Shown: positions 34,244 through 47,022 of the stretch, in pieces
Layout of the letters: every line of letters begins with the position of its first letter
How positions within the stretch are numbered: position 1 is the stretch's first letter
DNA from: Octopus sinensis
Lineage: Eukaryota
NCBI RefSeq assembly: GCF_006345805.1
Contig: NC_043005.1
Location: 2,046,001 to 2,110,000 of the forward strand
Direction of reading: 5' to 3'
Length of the DNA: 64,000 nt
Notes under the pieces: generated by a model
The model's database searches: none
Told to the model about the DNA's origin: nothing
What the model saw: the letters and a program-made list of their open reading frames with translations, nothing else
Translations under genes and position numbers: made by a program

Positions 34244-37200
34244 TATATAAAATAAGAAAAGAGGACTGAAAAATCTAGACAGATATCATTAAACAATCAG
34301 TTTTAAACGAATATCGTAAACTATATCTAACAATCAGACACCAGTACATGCAAGTGGAATGAACATCCAAGGTAATTCCTCACGTATGATAAGTAGTTTC
34401 AAGTGTCGTTTCGTAGACTTTCAAGAAACTCAGAGTATAAAGCAACGAAAATACGAATGGAGAAAATCACTTCTTTAATTGGTGATTCTACTATACAATA
34501 GCGACGATAGTTTATGTATAGTAAAAATGGTAACTCTACAAATCTTAGTAAATGCATTTGGGATTTATAAGATAGGGTCATTAATCATGATTTAAAATGG
34601 TCCATTATTAGTTACGCACCATCGTACAATAATTGGTAATTCTAAATGTGATCTATGCATTGAAAAAATGTATGATTACTTTTAAATTAATATTATTAAA
34701 TTATGATGGCACTTTTACTTTGAAATGTTGTCACAAATTAAAAAATGCATTTAAATATTTCAATTATTAATTATAATTGCTTTTCATATAATATAATAAG
34801 CATAATTTTTCTAAAAATATTTAATACATTTAATAGATAGTTAACTGATTGTCGTAAAGTAGAAATTCTGTATTTCTAATTCTCGCACGTAGAATTCAAA
34901 TGTATATTTTTTTAATTCTTTCGTTATCCATTGATGTCACCAAAAGTTGAATATCAAACTAGCTTTTCTTAGAATATTATATTTTTTCTTAACATTCTTT
35001 TTGCATGCGCTCGTCTGCTAGACACATTTTCTTAGTTCAGTTCGACTTTCAGCAATTTTGGATTGCCTTGATAACGTTGTGTTCAAATGTATTTTCAGAT
35101 TTATCAATTTCGTGGCTTCTTAGGGTCTGACGAGATGCTGTAAAGTTAAGCGCTTTACGGACGCGAAGCGCGGTGTAACTCCATAGACCGGCCATAACTA
35201 TATTGATCTAAATACCCTCCGAGAGGGTGCTTCTCGTTCGGATTTATGATTTACTGACGAATACACACACACACACAGTCACAATGAAGATATTGAAACC
35301 TCTTATGGGGATATTTATCCAAGATACTCTGGTTTAATATATTAAATTTTGAAGAGAAAATCCTTCAATGAATATATTTTATAGAATATCGTAAGACATC
35401 AGACATATTTATTGACTTAGAAAACAGAGAGATCAAATGGATACAGATTAGTTTCATTAATTAATCAACATATTAACCAACAATTGTTTCAATTCTCAAA
35501 TATGATTAAAATTACAAAACATATAAAAATATACTTTTGCATTTTAAATACCTTATGAGGAAAACTGTCAGGGTTTTCAGAGAGCAATAACGATTACGCC
35601 AAGAAAACAAGGAAAACAAGGAACCTGTATGTTTGTTGTGTAAAATACACTGGTCGATGCGTCTGCTTGGTGAATAAAGATATAATATATTTACTAATTC
35701 CTTTTCATTCAAATAAAGACGAGAAGAAATTCTACCAAAATTTTTCAAAGATTATTTTGTAAATTATGACCGTTAAACGCAGAATATTTTTACAGTCATA
35801 GAAAATACTAATAGCCTCCAAAACATGAAAGTCTTCTCAATAAAATTAACGAAATGAACAATAGCTTCGATCCAGAAGTGATTATAATGGTCCTCACACT
35901 CGGTCAGGCATTAAAAACAGCAAAAGAAAACAATATTAAGTATTCAGGCATTGTTGTAGATGAACGTAACCAAGAGTTAGTGAAATTTTTTCTGTAATCA
36001 TAAACTATTTGACTAGGATGGGAGGCTAGTTCAATAAATTAATTAATTAATGAAGGTGAAAAGCAGACCAAACAAGAACTGCTGATTGTTTATAATTGAA
36101 AATGTATTGAAGGGTTGTGTCTTATTACAATATCATGTTTGATGGACTTAGGCGTCCATCTAAGGCACACAAAGAAATGAAAAAATGTCTTCTGAAATTT
36201 AAAGAAAACATTTTACGGGATATTAACTATTTCTGGTTATTTAGCAGCAAACAGCTTGACTACCTGTGTGATTATATCACCGAGGGAAAAGACACTAACA
36301 TACAACAAGTGTTAGAAGGAAACCATTTAAGGGATCTTACCAATTTTTAGGGAATGAATACAGAAAGGCAGGCTGTCTCCCATTCAAATTAAATTTTATT
36401 TTAAGCTTTCCACAGATGTCCCGCTCTTCAAATCATTCATTCTGTCATTAAAAACATTTCCTACATTGAATAGAAAATATTTTGGCGATCCAGATAAAAT
36501 TTTATATTACACATGGATTCATTAACAAATATTTTACACAATCACACTGAAAATCTCGAAAGGTAAAAAATGGTTTGTATCAGTGCTCACAATCTTGAAA
36601 TCCTTTCGGATGAGACTCTCTGAGTGAAAAATCAATAATTTCATATTCTTAAAAACGAAGGATTTTCTGAACGGAAAGCACTCCGCAAGTGTAAATAAAC
36701 ATAGCAAATGTTATTCCACGTAGGCTGTTTAGTTGTAGTTTGGTTACTGAAGAAAAATAGATAAAATCTGGGGTTATCTTGTGGTTTCCGGTGGATAATT
36801 GAATTAAATATCAAATTAGACATTTCTGAACCAAGTATTAAATATTTGATTAATGAACAATGTAACAGGATCTGTACTTGATAATGTCAAATCTTTGATC
36901 AGTTTAGTAATGTACGTTTGTTGACATTAAAACTTCAATAAAAGTTTGCGGGTTTGCTGGAAAAGCAGGAACGATCGAAATCCAGGAGGGATCAATAAAA
37001 TCGATAAATAAGTACCAGCTAAGTGATGAGGGTCAATAAAAGTCATTGCTCGCTTTGTACATAAGCGTGAAATCAATATCTTCTGAAGTTGCGTTTGCTG
37101 GGCAAGTGAAACGATTTGATATCATCCGTGGAAACTAAAAATAATTGCTTTATCGAAGGGATATATAAAGCATCAACTACATATACCCACACAATCGCTT

Positions 37201-38499
37201 ACGCATATATGCAAACGTATACACACACACACACATACACACACACATTTTTATGTTAACTTTAATTGATGATTTTGGGATAATTGTTCCTAAAAGTGGT
37301 ACATGAAATTAAATTCACGGAGAGGGGTCAATCGGTTACATCGGCCTTCAACATCAAATTCAGCAGGAATATGGATGTAGAAAATTATTGATAACAGATT
37401 TATTAAGTTTTGTCTTTTTATTAGTTTATCAGGAAAAAGCTGATAGTTAATTACATTCACAATACACACACACACACACACACCACACACACACACGCCT
37501 ACACAGATATATCATTGTTACAAAATATATTTCTATGTTATTAACAATCAAATATGTTTCACTTTCCTCTCCATCCTCACTTTGCTTTTCAAGTGAAACT
37601 TGAAAATGTCGATGAGGGCTGCTTCAGTTTTCTGTCTTCTGTCCTTTCAGCCACACCAAACATACTACCTCTTTCTCCACAGCCGCCACCAGGCAGAGTA
37701 AATCTACCTGCTCGTCCTGGCTAAAAGAAGGCGGCAGAGTGATCCTTACGATGGACTTGGCCAATAACCGGATCCGATCTACACATGACAACAACTGTTT
37801 GACAAAGCTCCACAAGTCAACATATCGGACAGGTCACATGTGACAGCACTTGCGAACCTGTAGAGCATGTCTCGAACTGCGGTAACACTGCCAGGCCAAA
37901 GATTTCTGGAAATTATCCCTCGGCGCTGGCTCGAAAGTCCTCCGGAAAAGACCAGCCAATTAATTTCCCTCGAAACTCGGATTCTCTCTAAGAATGATGT
38001 TGCTCTTACCAGCCGCTAATCTTCTACAGAACTCTAATGAGGAACTTCCACAAACCACATTATCCGACTGGCAGAAAGTTGTGAGTACTTGACGACACTT
38101 CAGGTGTAGGCTCTTCCTCTGTCTACGATTGATTCAGGACTGCAGCTACGTCAATGGAACGAGCTGCGAAAAATTTTGTTTGATAAACAGCGACCACATC
38201 TGCTCACCTTCAAGGAAAAGCTGGAGATATCGCTGTTTCAGTGTTTGTCTGCACATCAGTTGCCACGGTATGCGCAGTCATTCACTCACCGGCTGCCGAC
38301 AGCAGCTGGAGCTTCTGACGAGCAGAACCCTTCCATTTCGCAGAAAGTAGTAGAGAGAGCTCTCCAGCTTGCTCAAAAATGAAGCAGGGCAAGGAACAAT
38401 GGTGAGGGATGGAAAATAACGGAAGTGATGTACGCATTCATCACCTCCACCTGTCAATTAATAAACACATCTTTTTTGTCTGATCTTTTATAATAATAT

Positions 38500-38845
38500 C
38501 CGGTTTATTAGTTTTGTCGGTCTGCACGGGGAAGTTCCATAGAATCGACACATTTTCTCCCTCAGTCACAGCTTCAGGATGGTGTTTATACCATTTGTCA
38601 GCGGTTTTGATTTTATAATGCCGACATATTGTCCAATGTAAATACTGGCCGACTCTGTCATGTCTTGCTTTATATTCTGCAGGTGCTAAGTCTCTACATC
38701 CTGAGGTTAGGTGGTCTATTGTTTCAATCTCATCGTTACAGAATCGGCATTTTGGGTCAGCTCCATTTTTTTATCACATGGCTTGGTAGTTCCGGGTTAA
38801 GCTTTGGTCTTGAGCAGCTAATATGAAACCTTTCAGCTCCACTCT
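38500..38845 (-). mobile_element. R4/Dong-like zinc-knuckle fragment, same family as 13231-14185
   Basis: Reverse complement: GFILAAQDQSL..KNGADPKCRFCNDEIETIDHL..RHDRVGQYLHW..KWYKHHPEAVTEGEN. Confidence 0.8.
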
Positions 38846-39059
38846 GTCCATTTCAGGGTGAGACTAGCTATCCTACACATCATATATCCCAGGTCTGGTC
38901 CACCTGGAAGTCTGAACTAAACTAAACCTCGAGTTATTTGAACAGTCCTATCGTCCAGCGCCCTACATCGCTGTCGGTTGGGATGGACCTGCTTCTCCAG
39001 GAACCGAGCCGTAGACCCACCAAATTCTGTTGGTCAATCATTGCTCCTGTCACCGCTTT

Positions 39060-40460
39060 ATACTTCCTTAGGGCAGCGCCGGTCTCCAAAATCTTTTCCT
39101 TTTTCTGATACTTGAACGTGTAGTTTCATTTTGCTTGGTTGTTGGTACCTCAACCATATAAAAAACCTCCATAAGTTTTTTCCTAAATCTCTGTTGAAGT
39201 TGTTTAATGTCTTTTATGTTCGAAATTTTTCCAATCTGTTTAATAATCACACCGTCTGTCCAACTTCCTTTACCATTTCTATACATTAAAAAAAATCTTT
39301 GTCATCTATCTTGAAAAATTTTGACTTATATTTGTTGTTCGCCATTTTCCTTTTTTACTCGGTAACAACTTGCCAAGACGGATCTAATCTTTCTGCAGGT
39401 GACATTCCAGACAGGATATTTGGATTAGGTATTACTCAGTGTACTCTTGTGAATTGTTGAAGTGCAAGATCATCCTTACTTCATTGTTCGCCTTTTTTAA
39501 AGCCGTCTTAAAAGTATCGACAAAACTCTCCGCTTGTTCAGTTCACCTAGGATGATACAGCGGAGTGGTCACTTGCTCGATAACAAACATCTTACAAAGT
39601 TTTCTGAACTCGGTTAAAGTAAACTTAGCTCTGTTATCAGACAATGGTATCAGGAATACTATATCTGGCGAATAATTCGTGTATAAAAAACTTACTGTAA
39701 ATGCAGATGTCGTTTTTTTTTACACTTACGCACCTCAGGTCACTTGGAAAAACTGTCTACCATAACAAGGTAATTTGAACCGAAATGAAATCGTTAACGA
39801 GAAGTTATGTATATTGGCCAAGAATGGACGATGGCATTGAAAAACTGGTGAAAGCATGCAGAGATTGAGCAAAGCCGCTTACCACAAAATGGCAACCGTG
39901 GCCAAAAACACATTTCATGGTCCAGACTGCATCTTGATTACGCAGGTCCACTTAACGGTTAAATATATCTGGTGTTAGTTCGTTAATTTCAAGTCTTTCG
40001 CTTTCCCTAGTAACGATTCCAGCGTACGTAATAAAATCTTCGTTCACTTTTTAAAAAATATTCATGCCTTGCCAAGGCGTATAAAACAAAGAGTTCTTTC
40101 TTCTGAAAATCTTAGAAGAGTCACCCGGTCTCTTTGGTAGAATATAACTTCTATGTTTCTCATGCTTGGCTGGTACCAACTTTCTCAACAAAAGTCGGGG
40201 CTTTTTCCTCTTGCCAGCCGGTGCATTCTTGACTAAAAATTTCCTCATACCTTCTAATGTAAGCAGGGAATATCGTACCCTTCTCTGGGTTAAATACGAA
40301 CTCTCCAATCAAGTTTGCTACAGTCAGGGGTGAACGATCTAGATATTTTTTCTGTTTTCTTCTGTATCAGTTCTAATAATAATTGCTGTTGCTTCTAAAA
40401 TTCCAAAAACTGCTGTTGTTGTTGTAATTGAGTAACTGAAGCTAGAAAGCCTTCCATGTT
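39060..40460 (-). mobile_element. Ty3/Gypsy LTR retrotransposon remnant (gag + integrase), rearranged
   Basis: Minus 40460-39960: gag-like FNPEKGTIFPAYIRRYEEIF...LLLRKL...EDFITYAGIVTRE. Minus 39782-39420: integrase YLVMVDSFSK...FARYSIPDTIVSDN...YHPR..QAESFVDTFK. Plus 39781-39960: SLTRSYVYWPRMDDGIE..C..WSRLHLDYAGPLNG. LTRs not resolved. Confidence 0.85.
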
Positions 40461-40619
40461 CAAACAAAAATCGGTCCAGCATGAGATTCAGACTAACACA
40501 GACAGACAATAGCGACGATCAACATTCGTCAACTGCTCTCGGCAGTTGACGCACTTTTTTATTCAATTCCGTCTCGTCCACTTTCAGTCACGTGGGATGT
40601 GCAGGATTTTCCCATAACA

Positions 40620-40707
40620 ATACCTAAAGTTACAGGCAGTAACCTGCTACCCACATAGATCCGGCCAGAATAAGACCGAACCTGAGCCAAACCAAAACAA
40701 CAGTAAT
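40620..40707 (+). mobile_element. 3' tail of the same R4/Dong-like family as 16200-18897
   Basis: acctaaagttacaggcagtaacctgctacccacatagatcc...gaacctgagccaaaccaaaacaacagtaat matches 18806-18890. Confidence 0.75.
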
Positions 40708-40860
40708 GAAGAAGAAGAAGAAGAAGAAGAAGAAGAAGAAGAAGAAGAAGAAGAAGAAGAAGAAGAAGAAGAAGAAGAAGAAGAAGAAGAAGAAGAAGAA
40801 GAAGAAGAAGAAGAAGAAGAAGAAGAAGAAGAAGAAGAAGAAGAAGAAGAAGAAGAAGAA
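40708..40860 (+). repeat. Pure (GAA)51 tract
   Basis: Uninterrupted 153 bp; explains the poly-K ORF 40706-40930. Confidence 0.95.
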
Positions 40861-41290
40861 TCTGGCCTCGAACGGTCGTTATGTCACAACAGATTACATA
40901 GACGGTGTGCGCAAAAACAGACATAAGTAGATGAAGAAAGATACATTTATTGAATGTCATGAAAGAGAGAAGCTGGAGAGAAGTTGCGAAGTGGGACGAC
41001 GTACCTTGACATTTTCGATGGAACAGGACATGTTTCTGACATCCCTTTTTCTTTATCATACCTAGGGCACCTACAATAACAGGAACAGTTCTCATTTTTA
41101 GATACCACATCTTTTGAATTTCAATTGCCAGGTCTTTATGTTTACTTAGTTTGTCAAATTGATTTGCAGATATATTTTCATGAGCGAGAACGCTTACATC
41201 TATTAGTCCACAAGTATTTTCTTCCCTCTCTTTCATAATTACGTGTGGTCGATTATCCTGGATCATTCTGTCAGTATTGACTGGAAAATT
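40861..41290 (-). mobile_element. R4/Dong-like 3' end (RLE), degenerate
   Basis: FPVNTDRMIQDNRPHVIM...LIDVSV...KHKDLAIEIQKMW...VPVIVGALGMI. 5' junction in (AAT/GAT)n. Confidence 0.8.
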
Positions 41291-41296
41291 ATTATT

Positions 41297-41331
<35 letters not shown>

Positions 41332-41459
41332 TATTGTTATTGTTATTGTTATTGTTATTGTTGTTGTTATTGTTGTTGTTGTTGTTATTATTTTTATTAT
41401 TATTATTATTTTTATTATTATTATTATTTTTATTATTATTATTATTTTTATTATTATTA

Positions 41460-41497
<38 letters not shown>

Positions 41498-41544
41498 ATT
41501 ATTATTATCATTATTATTATTATTATTATTTATTATTATTATTC

Positions 41545-42396
41545 TATGTTTGACTTTTGCTTTATATTTGTACAAATTGGCTCCAAGTCTCACCCAGAGA
41601 CCTCAAGAGACAACAGGTTGGAAGTTCATGTTGTTGTTATGCCTAGTGTGCCATATATTTGTAGTGGGGGGAGTTTTTGGTGTTGTACTAACGAATGTCT
41701 AAAAAAAAAATTTTTTTGTAAACCGAAAATTATGTTTGTTTTAAGCCTAGAGATTACATAGAAAGTATTTTGCGCAAGATAAGAGCAGTTCCCATGAGCA
41801 CTATCTTTTGAATTTCTGCCATTTTTGGGTTTCCTGGTATCTGAGTTAGGTAGCTATCAGCCCCTTTCGCTATCATTCCCAGGGCACCTATGACAACAGG
41901 TATTGTTTTAGTCTTCAGCTTCCACATTTTGCTGATTTCTATTTCAAGATCTTTATATTTGCTCAGTTTTTGGTAGGTCTTGACAGATACGTTTATATCG
42001 ATTGGGACAGTCATATCAATGAGGAGGCATGTTCTTTGTCTGAAGTCTTTCAATATGATGTCTGGCCTATTTGCATCTATCTTTCTGTCAGTTTGAATGG
42101 TGAAGTTCCAGAGGAGTGAGATGTGGTCATTTTCAAGCACTGGGGGTGGATTGTGTTCCCACCAGTTTTTTTCATGAGGCAAATCCAGGTTTTTGCAGAT
42201 TACCCAGTGAATATATTGTGCAGCTCTATCGTGTCTGTTGAGATACTCTGTAGGCGCTAGGAGACTGCACTTGGAGACCACATGGTCAATGGTTTCATTT
42301 TGTTGCTGGCATACACGACACGTTGGACTGCTTCTGATCTTTAATATGTTGGCCTGGTAGTTTCTTGTTGGTAGGCATTGATCTTGAGCTGCTATG

Positions 42397-42397
<1 letters not shown>
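41545..42397 (-). mobile_element. Young 5'-truncated R4/Dong-like LINE (knuckle + RLE)
   Basis: Intact frame AAQDQCLPTRNYQ...CRVC...HVVSKC...NRPDIIL...LLIDMTVP...KYKDLEIE (ORF 41754-42397). Both ends in (AAT)n. Confidence 0.9.
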
Positions 42398-42469
<72 letters not shown>

Positions 42470-42470
<1 letters not shown>

Positions 42471-44500
42471 GTTTTTTCTTTTTCCTTTAAATTTTCTTCT
42501 GTTTCTCGGCGAGTGTTTTCCATACACCTAGGGCAGAAAAGCTCATTGTATGCATCCCCAGATTACACGCGCAAATTCACAGACAAAATATGTATTTAAA
42601 AATTAATAAATAAATTCATGGATGGATGTTATTTTCACAGCGATAGTGCTCTTCTCAGTACATGAGCCGTTCCAGTTAATACGATTTTTTGCACTTCCTG
42701 TAGGGATGGTAAGCCTGGAATCATTTTCAAATAGGTTTCAGTACCTTTTTTTATCATTCCTAGAGATCCTACAATCACTGGTACTGTAGTCGCCTTGAGA
42801 TGCCACATTTTTTCAATTTCTATTAGCAGGTCTTTATATTACTAATCTTGTCACATACTTACCATGGAGAGGTTTCTGTTCCCATCTGCTAGCTAATTTT
42901 TCATGTGCTTTTGTCTTTGCAATTAATTTTATTTCCTTTGCAGCTGCAGTTGGTGCATTTCCTTCAGCCTGATCAATCTGGTGGGTATCTAAGAGATCAG
43001 CAGCGAATTCTTTGCTCTCTTTGAGAATAGAGTGAAGTTTTTTCGGTTTTTCATGTTTTTCAACAAGTTTTAGCATGCAATCGTTGGTTGCTTCAAGGTA
43101 TTTGGCCAGTCCGATTGTGGTGGTTTTGTATGTAAGTTCAAGCAGGATCAAACCTCGACCTCCCTGAGCTCTGGGAAGGTAAAGACGATCCACGTCTGCT
43201 TTTGGATGGTGCATCTTATTACAAGTCAGTAGCTTGCGGATTTTTCTGTCAATTTTCATTATTTCACTGGTATTCCAGTTAAGAACATTGAAGCTATAAA
43301 GAACAACTGGTACTACTAAGGAATTTATGGCTAACACCTTATTGTATGAATTCAGCTCAGACTTCAGGACTGCTCGAACTCTTCTATAACATTCCTTTCT
43401 AACCTTCTCTTTCATGCTTGCATGCTGGATACCAGAGCCTTCATTTATTCCTAGGTATTTATAGGTTTGTTCCTGCTCAAGTTCCTTTATTACTATTTCA
43501 ACGTATAATTCGACTGAACTTGACTTTAGCAATTTCCCTTTCTTAAAAGTGGCTTTGGCACAGTTTTCAAGGCCAAACTCCATCCCGATATCATCACTGA
43601 ATCCTTTCACAGTATGTAATAATCCTTCAAGCTCATCATCTTTGCCATATAGCTTTAAGTCATCCATATAAAATAGATGGCTTATTTTCCTATTATCAAT
43701 TTTGTAGCCATATCCTGTTCTATTCAGTTCACTTGAGAGTGGTATTAGTGCTATGCAGAAAATTAGTGGTGAAAGCGTGTCACCTTGGAAAATTCCACAG
43801 TTTATGCTAATGTTGTTTGAGCGCAATACTCCATTAGAATGATATAATTGGATCTTCGTGTTCCATAGTGACATATTATACTTTAAAAAATCTGAAATCA
43901 CAGGAGAAATTTTGAAAATGTCCAGCCATTTCAGAATCCACGAATGCGGTATGCTGTCAAAGGCTTTTTTATAATCAATCCATGAAGAGCTGAGCTTTCT
44001 GCGCTTGTTATGGCAGTTCTCAAGGATCATGCAATTAATTAGGAGCTGATCTTTGCATCCGTATGAGCCTCGTCTGCATCCTTTTTGTTCAGTGGGAAAG
44101 AGGTTATTCTCTTCCATAAACGTATATGTTTTCTCTACTAGAATAGATGTCAAAATCTTATAGGTAGTAGATAAACATGTTATAGGCCGGTAGTTTTTTG
44201 GGTCTTTGGTTTCGTTATTTTTGGGGAGGAGGTAAGTAATACCATTTGCCATCCAATGGGGAGTTTTTTCCGGGTCTTTCATAATACTATTAAATAGTAT
44301 TACTAACATTTTGTGTGCAGACGAGAGTGATGAGAGCCAGAAATTTGGTACTCTATCAATAACAGGGGATTTCCACTTATGAGCCTTCGTTAGTGCTCTC
44401 CTTAGGGTGGCGATTGAGATGTTTTCCCATTCCTGTTCTTGTAGATGTTTGTAGGCATCTTGGGTGCGTTTGATCCAGTCTGGTATTTTCATTGCATGGT
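42470..44500 (-). mobile_element. R4/Dong-like LINE with intact RT domain and an internal deletion of knuckle/RLE
   Basis: About 550 aa open from MKIPDW: NYRPITCLSTTYKILT, EQKGCRRGSYGCKDQL, WIDYKKAFDSIPH, GIFQGDTLSP, YMDD. Joins directly to KYKDLLIEIEKMW... and the 3' UTR at 42470-42840. Confidence 0.92.
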
Positions 44501-44708
44501 TTCTCATGTGTGTGTGCGTGTGTGTGCGTGCGTGTGTGTGTGTTCGTGCGTGTGTGTGCGTGCGTGTGTGCGTGTACGTTAGTTTCTTTATATTTCTATA
44601 CGTAGCCATACAAAGTCCAAACTTACACACGATCACATTAACGGCATACACACAGAGACATTTTTTCCAGCAACGTCTATACGTTATCTATGTCGGTTTC
44701 TGTCTCTA

Positions 44709-44740
<32 letters not shown>

Positions 44741-44741
44741 C

Positions 44742-44812
<71 letters not shown>

Positions 44813-45114
44813 ATTCTCTTTACCGCCTGAAACTGAAAAAGATGCTGAAGACAAACTTCACCGCCTTCGCAAAGTTCTTCATTCATAAATATTTATAAAC
44901 ACCACGGTGTCGACAAGTAGTTGTAAATATTTATAATTACCTTCCTTTTATATTTAGCTTTCTTCAAACAGACAACATTATGAAGTTTTCTTTCAATAGA
45001 CGATATCTTAATTGTATGACTTAAAAATTACTACTTATTTACTTATCTTATATTCGAATGAAAATGCTGTTATTGAGAGAGCGAGCGAGCGAGTGTGTGT
45101 GTGTGTGTGTATGT

Positions 45115-46749
45115 GTGTGATGTCTGGCCTATTTGCATCTATCTTTCTGTCAGTTTGAATGGTGAAGTTCCAGAGGAGTGAGATGTGGTCATTTTCAAGC
45201 ACTGGGGGTGGATTGTGTTCCCACCAGTTTTTTTCATGGGGCAAATCAAGGTTTTTGTAAATTACCCAGTGAATATATTGTGCAGCTCTATCATGCCTGT
45301 TGAGGTACTCTGTAGGCGCTAGAAGACTGCATTTGGAGACAACATGATCAATGGTTTCATTTTGTTGTCGGCATACACGACATGTTGGGCTACTGCCGTT
45401 CTTTAATATGTTGGCCTGGTAGTTTCTTGTTGGTAGGCATTGATCTTGAGCTGCTATGATAAACCCCTCTGTTTCAGATTTTTAGCCAGAGGCCATTAGC
45501 CATTGATGGGTCAGGGCTTTGTCAATATCTGCATTATTCGCTCTCTTTGGGTATTTGCCATAGAGAGGTTTTCCTTGCCATTTATTATTCAGAATATCTA
45601 AGGCCGCAGTTTTGGCAAGGGTTTTCATGTGCTTGTTTCTTGTATGTCTATCTCTAATTCCGAAATTGGTTGTATTCGGAATTCACTTAGATATTCCTTT
45701 GCCTGTTTTGTGACTGAGTATGATGCTTTCTTGTTTTCATGTTTTGAGACAAGTTTTAACATCCAGTCCTCAGAGTTTTTCAGGTAGGTGTCTAGACCAA
45801 TTGTAGCAATCTTCATTGTCATTGCCAGTTGCAAAAGACCACGGCCTCCCTCTTTTCTTGGCAGATAGAGTCGTTCTATATCTGCCTTAGGGTGGTGCAT
45901 TCTATGCATTGTCAACAGTTTCCTTATTTTTCTGTCGAGCTGACATATTTCAGTAATTGACCAGTTAACAATATTGAAACTGTAAGTCACGACTGGTATG
46001 GCTAATACATTGATCGCTTCGATCCTGTTTCTTGCATTCAGCTCTGTCTTGAGTATTGCTCTCACTCTTCGATAGTATTCTCTCCTGATCCTTTCCTTCA
46101 TCTCTGAATGTCTTATTCCGTTCCCTTCAATTACCCCTAGGTACTTGTAGCTCTCCGCTGGGTCTAGTTCTTTTATGACATTCTGCTGGTCAAGGTTAAC
46201 GTTAGATGTTTCTGTCATTTTTCCTTTGATAAAGGTAGCTTTTGCACATTTATCGAGACCGAATTGCATTCTGATGTCGTCACTGAATTGTTTGACTATC
46301 GCTAGTAAGCCCTTGAGTTGTTGGTAATTTTTTGCAAAAAGCTTTAAATCATCCATGTAAATGAGATGATTTATATTTTTATCAAACATTTTATACCCGT
46401 ACTGCACGTCATTGAGCAGCTTTGAGAGAGGTATTAAGGATAAACAAAAGAGGAGTGGTGACATTGAGTCACCCTGGAAAATGCCACACGAGATTTTTAC
46501 ATCACCAGCATTTAGGGATTCATTGTCACTGTTCAAAGTTAGTGTGGTTCTCCATGATCTCATACTTACAGTCAAGAAGTTTCGCAGAGTAGGTGCTATC
46601 TTATACATTTCCAGGCATTTCCTAATCCAGCTATGTGGTAGGCTATCAAAAGCCTTTTTATAGTCTATCCAGGCTATTGATAAGTTTTTGTGTCGTTTGT
46701 GACAATCTTCTAAGATCATCTTATTGATGAGTAGTTGGTCTTTACAGCC

Positions 46750-46752
<3 letters not shown>
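45115..46752 (-). mobile_element. R4/Dong-like LINE fragment (RT to RLE), same 3' family as 41545-42397
   Basis: ORF 45625-46719: WIDYKKAFDSLPH, FQGDSMSPLLF, YMDDLKLF. 45120-45458 is near-identical to 42059-42397. Upstream end in (ATT)n, downstream end cut at (GT)n. Confidence 0.9.
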
Positions 46753-46792
<40 letters not shown>

Positions 46793-46972
46793 TATTATTA
46801 TTATTATTATTATTATTATCATCACCATTTCGCAGTTTCAAACATTGGCCATAAAATTGATTGTGAATATACTAGGATAGGACTTTACAATAATGTTATA
46901 TATTATTAACCGTCAAATTAGTTCCAAGTGCATGAATGACTTTACCAAATGATGAATAATATATAATATTGA

Positions 46973-47022
<50 letters not shown>

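Noticed and set aside
35122-35185. Hammerhead-like gggt-CTGACGA...GAAG...GTA-actc
   Set aside because: GAAG replaces GAAA, the base of stem II is mismatched and stem III is weak. Could be chance or a fossil.
38400-39060. LTRs/PBS/PPT for the Gypsy remnant
   Set aside because: No matching direct repeats found on both sides; only weak purine-rich words.
40559-41761. 344-aa poly-N/D ORF, poly-K ORF and poly-I ORF
   Set aside because: Chance read-through of (AAT/GAT/GAA)n fused to a LINE endonuclease fragment; not a host gene.
44490-44651. N-terminal extension of the 605-aa ORF
   Set aside because: It derives from a (CA/CG)n tract at the 5' truncation point, not from the LINE protein.
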